From: Entomortierella parvispora E1425
Taxonomy: Eukaryota; Fungi; Mortierellomycota
DNA length: 64,000 bases
Assembly (NCBI GenBank): GCA_020891255.1
Contig: BQFW01000005.1
Coordinates: forward strand, 496,001-560,000
Direction: 5' to 3'
Shown here: piece after piece, positions 38,252 to 49,481 of the stretch
Numbering within the stretch: the first letter of the stretch is position 1
How the letters are laid out: the number at the start of each line of letters is the position of its first letter
Position numbers and translations under genes: made by a program
Notes under the pieces: model-generated
The model's input: the letters and a program-made list of their open reading frames with translations, nothing else
Told to the model about the DNA's origin: nothing
Databases searched by the model: none

Positions 38252-39871
38252 TTATTGTTCATTTTTCATTGCATCACATCGGTAGAAGACATCTTTTCTC
38301 GTCTCCCAGAGCTCATTTCCAGCAATCGTCCTGATAATTGTCTGGACAGGCTTGCCCTCTAGCATGTCGCGGATATTGTTGGAAATATCATCAATGAACA
38401 TGTACTCTGGGCCCTCCGGTGTCCTCTTGATATTGACCACGATATCAAAAATAGGGCGTGTGGTACGCGGGTGGACCACCTTTCTTCCGTCGACAGCATT
38501 CGTATCCGAGACGAGTGCCTTTGTCGACCCTCCCAGGACCTTGTTCAGTACGGGGTTGTACAATACGTCTTCGATATCTCCATGAACACAAGCAATCGTC
38601 TGAATCGACCTCATCGCCACCGTCTGACAGACCTCGACCTCCTGCTTCGTGTTCAATTCGTCAATCGCGATGATATCGGGTGAATGGCTCCGGATACAGT
38701 CCACGAGGGTTGTATACTGCTGGTCAGGGTCCTCTGGACGAAACACACGGGAAGTGCCTGTATACTCCTTTCTCGTCTCGGCGTCTCCACACACCTCCCC
38801 CGAGGTGTCGATCAAACAAAGACAGTTTTGCTGCGATAGATACAAGCTCAGGTCGCGAAGGGTGGTCGTCTTGCCCACGTTGGGTGCGCCACACAAAAGG
38901 ATGCTCTGTCCTGGCTTCACCAGGCCTGAAAACGCTTGCAAGAGTCCCGATACTTTTCGACCCACTCGAATTGTAATACCTGTGACCTCGCCATTGTACA
39001 ACACAGCGGCGGCCCGATGCAAGGTCTTTCCAAAAATCACACGGTTTTGTTTCGTTGGCACAAGGCCAGGTAATCGATCTACGATGGAATCCAGGTCCAG
39101 ATATTCAATCGCCTGACTCAATTGAACCGTCCGGCCCTTGATTTTGGCAGACAGGTTGAATCCCACATCGATGAATATGTCGGTCAGGTCCAGGTCGTCC
39201 AAGTCGAGGTCCTCGATATCCAAGTCCCCGAGAACATAGCGCAGAGCCTCTGTGTCGCACTGAAAGGACAGAGGTTCGATGCTCTCTTTTGTCAAGGTGG
39301 GCTTAGGGATGACGTTGGTGACGCCTGTTGAAAACGATGGTCCCTCGGCTTGTTTGGCTGGGGGTGTTACTGACCCCTCGTCCGGTATTACGGTCCGTGT
39401 TTTGTAAGGGACATGTGTCCCGTTCGAGGTAGAATGGTTGGCAACATGATTGCTGATCGCCGCAGGAGGCGGAGGAGGGGGAGGAAAAGCAGAGGGATGG
39501 AGAGGTGCTGATGCTTCTGATGGTTCCAGTTGGGCGGTCTTTACTACAGTCTCTGAAGTCGCATTCACGCCAGAAGCAGCTGCTGCTGCAGGGGGAGGAG
39601 GAAGAGGAGGAGCTTTGATGACCGGTTTGGGCGTAAACGTCGGCCTAGTCAGCGTCACAGTATGGGCATTCAACTCCATATAGCCCGAGGATTCAATGAT
39701 GTACTTGAGTTGTCGAGCCGTATCGATTCTACGATCCTGAAGCGCCTTGGCGAAAACGGTAGCGTCCACATGCCGGGTGTTCTCGAAACATTGCTGTGCG
39801 GCGGCCCTGATAGCAGCGGCCCTTGCCTTCTTGCTCTGCGGAGGGGTGGTGATGGGAGCCAACATTCCCAT
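38252..39871 (-). CDS. Ycf45/SpoIIIAA-family P-loop ATPase, copy 1; intronless
   Basis: DIFIDVG, NRVIFGKTLHR, GITIRVGR, Walker A GAPNVGKTT, IDTSGEVCGD, HSPDIIAIDE (Walker B), CVHG, NPVLNKVLGG, PIFDIVV are colinear with Ycf45. Pro/Ala-rich linker after a small N-terminal domain. Confidence 0.85.
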   Translation of the reverse strand: MGMLAPITTPPQSKKARAAAIRAAAQQCFENTRHVDATVFAKALQDRRIDTARQLKYIIESSGYMELNAHTVTLTRPTFTPKPVIKAPPLPPPPAAAAASGVNATSETVVKTAQLEPSEASAPLHPSAFPPPPPPPAAISNHVANHSTSNGTHVPYKTRTVIPDEGSVTPPAKQAEGPSFSTGVTNVIPKPTLTKESIEPLSFQCDTEALRYVLGDLDIEDLDLDDLDLTDIFIDVGFNLSAKIKGRTVQLSQAIEYLDLDSIVDRLPGLVPTKQNRVIFGKTLHRAAAVLYNGEVTGITIRVGRKVSGLLQAFSGLVKPGQSILLCGAPNVGKTTTLRDLSLYLSQQNCLCLIDTSGEVCGDAETRKEYTGTSRVFRPEDPDQQYTTLVDCIRSHSPDIIAIDELNTKQEVEVCQTVAMRSIQTIACVHGDIEDVLYNPVLNKVLGGSTKALVSDTNAVDGRKVVHPRTTRPIFDIVVNIKRTPEGPEYMFIDDISNNIRDMLEGKPVQTIIRTIAGNELWETRKDVFYRCDAMKNEQ

Positions 39872-40414
39872 AAAGAACCAGCGATTTTTGCCTGGCCTGA
39901 GGCAAAGTGGACGGACGGACGGGATGGGATGGGATGGGAGTCAAGAAACAAAAAACAATAAAGAAAAAGGAAAAAGGAAAAAGAAAAAGACGGCAAGAAA
40001 GCTGTGCAACTCTTTTTTTTTTTTTTTTTACTTTTTTCCCTTTGCTTTGAATCACTTGCAAATTGATGCTCACACGCTGACGGGGAGGGCAATGTGATGG
40101 TTGGCCACCCATTGCATGTGTGGTTTGGTGTGGACACAGGTTGTTTGACACAAGGCAAGGTCTTGGTGTTAGCTCTGGGCTGGCTGCTATTCTACTGACA
40201 AAATGACGAACAGACTCACTGACATGTAAGAAAAAGAAGGGTTCTTTCGAGCACGCAGGGTCCCCTTTTGCTATTCTGTTTGTGGGGGGATTTCGTTTTC
40301 TTCTTTTGTGCAGGCCAGCTGCTCACAGATTCGATTGTTTTTTTACTCAGTGGGCTTGGGAATGAACAGAGGGAGAAGGGTATAGACTATGAATGATATT
40401 TAACTCTTGGTGGA

Positions 40415-41785
40415 TTACCAGGCTGAATACATGGGAGGCGCGCCTGGTGGCAGGTCGAACTCCGGCTTCAAAATCTCTGCATACATGGGAGGATCGACAG
40501 GGTACACAGACGACAACAAGTCCTCGACCACCATACGTTCACAAACTCGTCCGTGGACATCAAAGAACCCGACATGGGGATTGAATCGAGCCACTCTCTC
40601 CAACTCGATCGCATGCGAGTGATGATGAGGACAGTTCTCCATACCCACCAACGCAATCGTCACATAGGCCCAGGTCTCGCCCAGGAGCTCTAGTTCAAAC
40701 TCGTCCATGTCCAAGGCCTCACCATCCAAAAAGATCAGGAGCGACAGCTTGGGCATACCGGGCGTGGGCTGCCATCCATAGACGGGATCCCATCGTCCAT
40801 GACCATAGTTGCGGTTTTGATGCTCAAAATAAGTGTTCTTCACCACCTGCCAGCCCCGCATGACCTGGGTGCCGCCTCCGACACGGACACCGTTCCTCCA
40901 GTCGCGTGGGAAGTTGTGGGCCGAGATCTGACCGACATACTTGCCTGAGCTCGAGAATGTCACAGTGTCGATGCCGTGTTGGGTGGGGTGCTCTTTCTGG
41001 GCACGGGGAACCATGTGGTGGAGGACACGGTGGACAAGATGCTCGACCAGGGCAATGTTGGAGGGCTGGTCATGGTAACGGATCCTACCATCCGGGCCCC
41101 AGACACCATTGCGTGGATCCCAACCCATAGAACCCGAGACATCGATGAGCAGCATGGTCTCCAAATGGTCTGTGCCATTGTGAAGTCCCTCTGCCAATTG
41201 ATGCAGTGCCTCTCTTCTGGCCTCGTACACCACGTTCGTGACTTGACTCGAGTACTCGTGGGACTTTGTTCGGGGGTCGTACTGGAAGATATCGCCGGGA
41301 CTCTGATACATAGCCAAGCGACCAGGGTCAATCGGCACTTGCAAGGACATGCGCATATTAGCCTGCATCATGATAGTGCTCAAGTCACGTCGGATGTTGA
41401 GGGGTCGTAAGGTAGGGTGCTTCTTGCCATCGGGCGATTTTCCATTGTTGAGCACGAAGTAGAGTCTCTTTTCGGCGGCGTTTTCCCAATAGGACCCCTC
41501 CGAGTAAGGCGCTGCGAGACGTCGGTCCGAGATCCATAGAATCGGGATTGGTTCCATGTAGCCCTTTTTGAGTCGTCGTCGGAACTCGTTAGGATGGCTT
41601 TGACGAAGTCGCTCCCAATACTCTTGCATCCTTGTGGAAGCCCAGTAGCGCATGACCATATCATAACGTGGGGACCCGGGTGGTCCCCAGTGTTGCTCCA
41701 TCAACTGGGTGGACTTTTCCAAGTTGATTTTGTTTTTCTCTTCGCTGGGAATGATCCCAAAGAACGTTGATAGTCGTTTGCTCAT
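40415..41785 (-). CDS. von Willebrand factor A (vWA) domain protein with uncharacterised N-terminal region; intronless
   Basis: MIDAS motif LLIDVSGSM, later TVTFS, GGGT and LLIFLDGE, and VTIALVG. Confidence 0.8.
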   Translation of the reverse strand: MSKRLSTFFGIIPSEEKNKINLEKSTQLMEQHWGPPGSPRYDMVMRYWASTRMQEYWERLRQSHPNEFRRRLKKGYMEPIPILWISDRRLAAPYSEGSYWENAAEKRLYFVLNNGKSPDGKKHPTLRPLNIRRDLSTIMMQANMRMSLQVPIDPGRLAMYQSPGDIFQYDPRTKSHEYSSQVTNVVYEARREALHQLAEGLHNGTDHLETMLLIDVSGSMGWDPRNGVWGPDGRIRYHDQPSNIALVEHLVHRVLHHMVPRAQKEHPTQHGIDTVTFSSSGKYVGQISAHNFPRDWRNGVRVGGGTQVMRGWQVVKNTYFEHQNRNYGHGRWDPVYGWQPTPGMPKLSLLIFLDGEALDMDEFELELLGETWAYVTIALVGMENCPHHHSHAIELERVARFNPHVGFFDVHGRVCERMVVEDLLSSVYPVDPPMYAEILKPEFDLPPGAPPMYSAW

Positions 41786-41874
41786 TGTGGGATGAAGTCT
41801 GTAGAGGTGTGTTAAGGTGATGAATTCAAGTGTCGATCCGAGTAAAAAGAAGGGGGGAGGAGAGAAGGGGGGAG

Positions 41875-41946
41875 GGGAAAAGAGGAGAAGAGGAGAAGAG
41901 GAAAGAGGATAGAGGAAAGAGGAAAGAGGATAGAGGAAAGAGGAAG
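41875..41946. repeat. Purine-rich (AGAGGA/AGAGGAA)n tract in the vWA gene 5' region
   Basis: Direct reading; CT-rich on the coding strand, as is typical of fungal leaders. Confidence 0.7.
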
Positions 41947-42280
41947 AAAGGAGGGAAAGCGACGTAAACGGCTAAAGGAACAGGGCAGGAGAATAAAAGG
42001 TTTAAGAACCTTCCACAAAAGTCGACTCAAAAAAGGGCGGCAGGTGACTGGAGGCCGCTTAAATCGAGGGCTCTCGGGCTGTTGCTGAAGGGTCGAGTGG
42101 ACCAAGGTTGCCTTTTGTTGATAATGAAGTACCTTCCTGTCTTTGAGGGATTTTTGGCCTTCTTTCAACAGTCGACAAGTTGTCACTCGCCAATGGGATG
42201 AATGGAGATCTAGCCCGCCCTTCAACACTGTTTATTTCCATCTTTCTCTTGCTAACAGGTCGATGTGTTTTCCATTTTTA

Positions 42281-43711
42281 TTACAATGCACAAGGAAACA
42301 GGGTCTCCTGGGTTGTCTCTCTCAACTCGTCTCCGATGATGGTCCGTGTGACGGTCTGGATCGGCTTGCCCTCCAACATATCCCGGACATTGTTGGAAAC
42401 ATCATCAATAAATGTATATTCCAATCCCTCGGGCACTCTCTTGATATTAATCACGACATCAAAGACGGGACGTGTGCTACGCTGGTGGACCACCTTTCTA
42501 CCGTCAATAGCCTTCATATCCGAGACGAGGGTCTCGGTGGAGCCTCCCAGGACCTTGTTCAGCTTTGAGTTGTACAACAGATCCTCGATATTACCATGGA
42601 TACACGCGAGCATCTGAATGGATCGCAGGGCAATGGTCTGACAGACTTCGACTTCCTGTTTGGTATTCAGTTCATCAATGGCGATGATATCGGGCGAATG
42701 GTTCCGGACACAGTCGACCAGCGCAGCATACTGCTTGTCAGGATCCTCTGGCCGGAAGACGCGTGTGGTGCCCACGAACTGCGTTTTCATCTGGGAGTCA
42801 CCACAGACCTCGCCCGAGGTGTCGATCAAGCAAAGACAGCTGTCCATCGAGAGATACGAGCAAAGGTCACGAAGGGAGGTCGTTTTTCCGACATTGGGAG
42901 CACCGCACAAGAGGACATTCTTTCCCTCCACCAATCCCTCAAACAAAGGCAAAAGCCCAGAGGCTTTGCGGCCGACTCGAATCGTCAGCCCCGAGATCTC
43001 ACCGTCGTACATCACAGCCGCCAATCGATGCAGGGTCTCGCCAAAGATCACTCGGTTCTGTTTGTCGGTCGGGATGGCCCTGGGCAGTCTCGCCATGATC
43101 GTTTCCACATCCGAGAGTTCAATCCTTTGTCTCAATTGAACAGTCTTGCTATTGATCTTGGCCGATAAGGTACCGCCCACATCAATGAAAATGTCGGTTA
43201 ATCCGAGGTTTTCCAGATCAAGATCGTTGATATCCAGATCCTCAAGAATGTAGCGAATGGCTTCTGTATCGCACTCAAAGGATACAGGCTCGATCCTTCG
43301 CGTAGTGGTGGTAGGCTCAAAAGCATCATCATCATCATAATCATCCGTGACCACGGTTGAATAGTGGGACTCGACTGTTCTCAAGGAGAGGTTGGGTACT
43401 GGATTGCTCTGGAGAGGTTGGGCAGCAACAGGTCTAGGTGGATTGTTTGCAGCCGTGGAAGAAGGAAGGGCCCTGGTGAAGCTTGGCCTGGTGAGGTACA
43501 CTTTGTTGTCATCGAACCGGAGATAGCCTGTGGATTCGATGATAGACTTGAGTTTTTGGGTCGTGTCAATACCTTTCTCGCGGAGTGCAAACCCAAAGAT
43601 GCCGGCTTCGATAACGCCCGTGGTTTTCAAGAGGGCTCGAGCTACACCGAGAACGATAGTCGCTTGTCTTTGTTGTGCTGCTGAGGCGGAAGAGGAAGAG
43701 GAGCCGAGCAT
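42281..43711 (-). CDS. Ycf45/SpoIIIAA-family P-loop ATPase, copy 2; intronless
   Basis: Same motifs as copy 1 (GAPNVGKTT, IDTSGEVCGD, NHSPDIIAIDELNTKQEVEVCQT); shares nucleotide tracts with copy 1 such as TCCCAGGACCTTGTTCAG. Confidence 0.85.
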   Translation of the reverse strand: MLGSSSSSASAAQQRQATIVLGVARALLKTTGVIEAGIFGFALREKGIDTTQKLKSIIESTGYLRFDDNKVYLTRPSFTRALPSSTAANNPPRPVAAQPLQSNPVPNLSLRTVESHYSTVVTDDYDDDDAFEPTTTTRRIEPVSFECDTEAIRYILEDLDINDLDLENLGLTDIFIDVGGTLSAKINSKTVQLRQRIELSDVETIMARLPRAIPTDKQNRVIFGETLHRLAAVMYDGEISGLTIRVGRKASGLLPLFEGLVEGKNVLLCGAPNVGKTTSLRDLCSYLSMDSCLCLIDTSGEVCGDSQMKTQFVGTTRVFRPEDPDKQYAALVDCVRNHSPDIIAIDELNTKQEVEVCQTIALRSIQMLACIHGNIEDLLYNSKLNKVLGGSTETLVSDMKAIDGRKVVHQRSTRPVFDVVINIKRVPEGLEYTFIDDVSNNVRDMLEGKPIQTVTRTIIGDELRETTQETLFPCAL

Positions 43712-44255
43712 AGTGAATTATAGGGGTGGGGAGTTTCCGGGGGAAGAAAAGTCACTGAGAAGGGAGAAGGAATAAAGGACGATAAAAGGAGGAAGTACGA
43801 GTGAGATCTGGGAAGATGCCATGCTTTTATGGCGAGATAGCTTTTTGGCGAAGTAAAATTCTTTGCCAGGCATGCGTGTGGTTTGAACAGAGGCCGGCTG
43901 TGCGCCTGCAGTTGACTGGATACAAGCAGAGAAAGAAAGGGTTTCCTTTCGAACATCCCTTGCCTTTCCCGACTTGGTTGTGCCCCCATGGGTTGAAAAT
44001 ATATCATCACCAGACCAGCAATTTTTACTTTTCCCATTTTTTTCTTTGGAACGCACCCCACTTTCTGCTTGAGCATGCGCAATGACAAAGTGCTCTCTTT
44101 CTTTTTTTTTTCTTTTCTTGTTTTTCTGCTTTTCTTTTACTTGCCATCGACTGAATTTAAAGGATTGCATGCTAGATGGAAGAACACGATTCAAGGATGC
44201 TTCTAAAAGAAATTGGCATGCAATTTTAATTCATATTTTTGAAAGGTACATCAGT

Positions 44256-47200
44256 CTATGCACGCTCGCTCAATGTTTGCACAGCAGTACCCACGACCCG
44301 CCAGGCCATCAGATCCCATGGCGCAGCCAACACAGCCCTCTGTGCCACTGTCAATGCTTCGCCTAATTTCGCTGCACTCTGTCGACTTTCCTCCTCTAGT
44401 TTCTCCTTCTTTGCAGATTTCCATGCAGCAACCTTTAGCTGCCGCTCCTGGTCCTCCAATAGGATCGTGCCCGCCACTTGAGCATAGGCTCTTGCCAGAT
44501 CCACGGCCGACACAAACGATTGATTGTCCTTATGATGCTGTCGCTTCGCCAACAGATCCAAACCTGTCCTTGCATTCGACAGTGCCACCGAGTACTCTGC
44601 CTCGCCCGTGGTCGCCAACGTCGTCGAAATGTGTTCTGAAAGCCGGATCCAAAGATGTGCCTCCGAGGGCGCTTCATGAACCGATTTTGAAATGGCTGCA
44701 ATCGACAACTTGGACTCGTTCAAGAGCGAGTAGTATTGACTGATTATCCTGTCCGATCGTCTTTCAGGATCCAAGTCTGCCAATTCCTGTCGCGAAAACT
44801 TGAGAATCTCTTTCAAGGCTGCTGTGGCCAATGTTTCGTCGTTTTGGACAAGACCCATGGCACCCAATCCAAAAATGGCTGGCAAATGAGTCGGCGATTG
44901 AGCAATGCAGCGGAACAGCTCGTCCTTGGCTACTGCGCGCTGCTCATCCCCTCCTAATGCCCAGAGGACTTGACTCAATAGAACCATGACATCATCCCGA
45001 GACTTCTCCATGCCTTCGACCTGCTCCGTCTCTGCCAGTGCCACCTCAAACATTGCCAAACTGCGTTCCAATTCGCCTGCGTAGTAGAGAGCCAATCCTG
45101 CTCCCAAATGCTTACAAGTCCTGACCACACTCGGTTGGGCGTCTGGGCCCTCGAGCTCCAATGAAATCTCGTATGCCTCCACAGCTTGTGCGTAATCCTC
45201 GATTGCAAGCAGAGCTCGTGCCAAGTTGTGGTGAAGCATCATACGACGTCTCGATTGATTCGATCCAATGTCGTGAGTCTCACCCTCATCCTCATTCAGA
45301 ATCCTGATTGCCCTCAAGAAACACTCTGCTGCACCAGCTTGCTGCAAGAATCTCTCACGGATCAGTCCCAAGAGGTTCCATGCTGCGATATCTCGTGGAC
45401 GTTGCTCCAAGTACTTGGATAGAGCAAATGCTGGTGTCACCAGCAGTGTCGATGGGTTTCCAGAGGAGGAAGCCGAAGCAGCAGACCGAGGTGAAGTCTT
45501 GTGGAGGGTATTGAGAATGTCTGTGAAAGTGTTGACAGCGTAACCGTAGTTGGCCTCAAGCACCGAGGAGGTACTCGATTCACAGGCGTGCGCAAACAGG
45601 GCCGTTGACTCGGCACTCTCCCAAAGACTAGCAACACAAGCCTGTCCTGTCCATGCTTGGGCAAACGAGGGGTCCAGTGTCTGAGCAGTTTTGAAAGCAT
45701 TGTTGGCGAGCTCCAGTTCTGCGTTGAGTAGATACAAGAAGCCCAAGTTTGACCAAGGAGCGGCGTTCTAAATTTCGATGAATAAAAGATGAGAATGTCA
45801 TATAAGTATCCGGCTTTCTTTTTCGTGAGCTGTTGAGGCTCGACCATCAGACAGCAGCATCTTTCGTACCTTGGGGTCATATTCAATGGACTTGATGAAG
45901 GCGTGTTGACTGATCTTGACATTGGTCGACAACGTGACAATACCGAGGGCGTTCCATGTCATTGGGTTTTCCTCTTCGATCAGCAACGAGGCTTTCAGGC
46001 AACGAGTGGCAACCATTAGCCATTGGTTCGCCAGCTCTAACGCCGATAGTGCACGGTTCTTCTTGAGTGCACTCTCGTACCGATAGTAATAGGTCAGAGC
46101 AATATCAAACCAAAAGTCAGCGGCCTGGTGTCCCTCGTTTCCGTTGATAATGTTGGCACGCTTGTAGGCCAATCCTGCTAGAGTATAGATCGCGTCAAGA
46201 GCTTGCGAGGCCTCCTCTGTGCTTGCATCGGTCAAGTTGGATTGCTCCATGACCCACAGGTGTGTGATTAGATCCTTGTCCATCTTTTCTGGGAAGTGAA
46301 GCAGCGAGTTGGTGTCTGCAGGCAATATATCCAAGATAGAGGTCAAGGTCGTGATTGGGCAAAGTCCAAGATACTTCGGGACCAAGCGATAAGCCACACA
46401 GGCATCGCCAATCAGCTTCCAGGCCGCCATGATCTGACCATCCAGGGATACCAACTGCAGCGCATAGTAAAGCGCATGCCCGTAAGATTCCGCGGACCGT
46501 CCATAGTATCCCAAGACAAAAAACTCCTTGCCCTGTTCAAAGTAACTCTCTGCTAATCCCATCAGCGATGGAATGTGCGCTGGCTCCTGGTTCCGCTCAG
46601 CCAGCACCAGAGTTGCCTTGTAATGCTCAATCGCCTCTGGATACATGCCGAGCTTCTGATGCACCCGCGAGATGTGATAGGATGGAATTGTAGCTTCGGG
46701 TTGCAAATCGCGAGCGCGTCCGAAGGCTTTGAGCGCAGCCATGTAACGACCCTCGTGCTGATACGCCTCGGCAACACCTTCCCAAGCAAGGGCATTGTTG
46801 ATATCGTTTCGTAGCAGCTTTTGGAAGGATGTGATCGCCTCATTGTTGTTGCCTCGAATGAGCTCGGCAAACCCCAATCTGCTGAAAGCCCAGTTGGCCT
46901 TTCCATCTGCGGCAATAACTTGCTCGTAAATATCCATGGCTCCCTCCAAGCTTCCGGCATTTAAAAGGTAGTCGCTCAAAAGGCGCCCTGCCTCTCCTTC
47001 CCGTGGATCCAAAGAAAATGCATGCTGGTAACACTTTTCAGCCCTGGCGTCGTCTTCAACAACCTCGCGATAGTAGTGACCTAAATACGTGAAGGCTCCA
47101 GCACAGTGAGGGTCCAGTTTGGCAGCAGCAATAAGCTGACCATAACTGTACTCGGCGTTTTCACGGTACTCGCCTATAAAGTGAAAGCTGGGTTGTTAGC

Positions 47201-49212
47201 AATAGCATCATATTTATGAAATACGAATTAAATCATCATAAAAAGACCACATACCACCCATGTCATAGTAGGTTCTTCCTAAGCGATACAGATCAATGGC
47301 TCGTGCCTCTTCAGACAGCTCAATCACGTCTCGGAGTTTTTCCTCTGCTCCCTCAAAGTCCTCTTGAAGATACGCGATCCAAGCCAGTTCTGATCTTGCA
47401 GAAATATTATCGGGATCCAATACAAGCACATGCTCGAATGAAGCCGACGCGTTCTCAAAGTCGCCTTCTGAACAGTAAACAAAGCCAACACCCTTGTGCG
47501 CGTCAATATTACTGCTGTCCGCCTTGATGATTTCTTGATACAACGCAAGAGTGTTTGGATTCAACTTTGGGCTGATCTTGAATTGGCAGTTGGCCGCACA
47601 GAGTTGGAAAGAGCGGTGCATTCTGAGAAAAGATGTTTTTTTTGTTAGAAACTTCATATGAATAGCATACCTCGAGCATATTGCATAAACGCTTTGTCCT
47701 TACTGCGAAAATTTGAATCCAGATGCAGCAGTAATGGAACTAGTCTTCTCGAGACCGAGTGTTGCATGATCCAGTCCAGCGTCGTAATTCTGAGTTTCAT
47801 AATCCATCCAGCACGCCACCAAATACCCATAGGGTGAGTTGGGCTCCATTTTCAAGCCAGACTCAAGTTGCTCAAACACCTCTTCTGTGGACTCGCCGTT
47901 AGAATAGTGCATCTGTGCCTGAATCAACTGTGATAAGCCAGTCTCGGGAAACTTGGAGATGTAGAGTTCCTGAAGACCAACGTCATAATCTGATGGCGAG
48001 TCTGCATCTGTGAACTTGAGAATAAACTCGTAAGGTGTTGGACTGGTGCAACCGTCTTTGGTCATGGTACGGGCAAGCTTTGAAGCCTTCTCACGAAGGG
48101 CTAATTTTTGATCTGCGGCTGAAGCATCCATCTTGTTGATATAAAAATCCAGCAGTTTCGACTCCAAGTCCCTGTTGTTTTGATGGTCTCTCTCCAAGAT
48201 TGATTCATAAGTTGATCCAAGCTAGAGAAAGAAAAAAGAGGTCAATACTCTATCATGGCTAAAAAAAATATATATAAAAAAAAAATCCTTTTGATTCTGA
48301 AAGGCAGAGTTGATTCAGAGATCGCTCACCTCAGATTTGCTGTACAGCTCTCTCCTGACGGTAGCTTGGACCTGCTCCAGAGTTCCACCTCCCAAGCGTC
48401 CTCGGCGCGCCTTCACCTCCCGTTCAAAAAACTCCTTGTCGTGTGTTTCTTGCAAAGACGCCAGCGTCTTTAGCGTGTCCATGGTATCTGGAAAGTTACC
48501 TCCGAGCTCGTACACAGGTCCGCCGGGAAGTAATGACTTCATCTTTTCGATAGCCTTGTCGCTCTGGCCCTGATCTTTGTAGAGCTCAATTAACCGCTCT
48601 GTTGTAGACTGTGCTTTCTTGGCGTCTTGTCTATTGAAACAATTATGGACGTACTATTAGCATTTCGAAATGGCGCCAAAACGAGGTATATTCTCCAGGG
48701 TCCTGTGTCTTACGCATTGATATGAACCAGGAGCATCTTCTCCAGCTGGTTAATCAGCTCAGGCCACTTTTTCATTTTGTCATAAAAGCTGATAAGACCC
48801 TAGCAATAACAAAAATGGTAAGTTCAGCGAATGCATTCTTCAGAGGGGCAATCCAATAATCAGTCAGTCATGAAAGGTCGCCTCATTACTTCTTGCGCGA
48901 GAGGAAGCTCTGGATTACTGGCAATAGCTTTCTTGAAGGACTCTTCTCCTTTGTCAGCCTGTCCTAGATTTTGGTACGCCAATCCTGAGAATACAAGGCT
49001 GGAAGAGTCATTGAAATAATGCTCAGTTAGGTCCTTTTCTGACATGACGCCACTGTTGAAGGTGATCCAGAATAGTACACTCAATATCCATACCCCATGT
49101 AATTGTTCGAGTCTGAGTCCAAGACCTTTTGCGTCCAGTTCAAGGCGTCGTCATAGTTCTTGTTCGCGATGGCCTCGCGCGCATTCTTAAGATTGATCTT
49201 TACAGTCGACAT
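44256..49212 (-). CDS. SKI3: Superkiller complex TPR protein (multi-exon)
   Basis: Starts MSTVKINLKNAREAIANKNYDDAL; many TPRs; AFSRLG, AWEGVAEAYQHEGRYMAALKAF, QHAFIKSIE, W.NLGFLYL, AWTGQA, LEANYGYA. Confidence 0.9.
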
Positions 49213-49481
49213 TGCGCCAGTGTGTCCAGTCCCGTTCCTGGTAGAGTCTGAATCAAGCTTGTCAGTCGAGATCGAATGAAGGCGTTCCCTACGATTATGT
49301 CTGTCGGGAATATAGCTCGTTGTTGAATGGATGAAGAGTACGTTCCTTTTTTCCATGCGCCAGAAATGTTTCAATGTTCCAACCTGCAGGAGGTCACGTG
49401 CGCTAAGAGGACCTCCGGTTGTTGAGTCTCCTTTTGCGCCGTCGTCTTGAACTACGACCCGTAGATCATCCCTCCTCCAAG

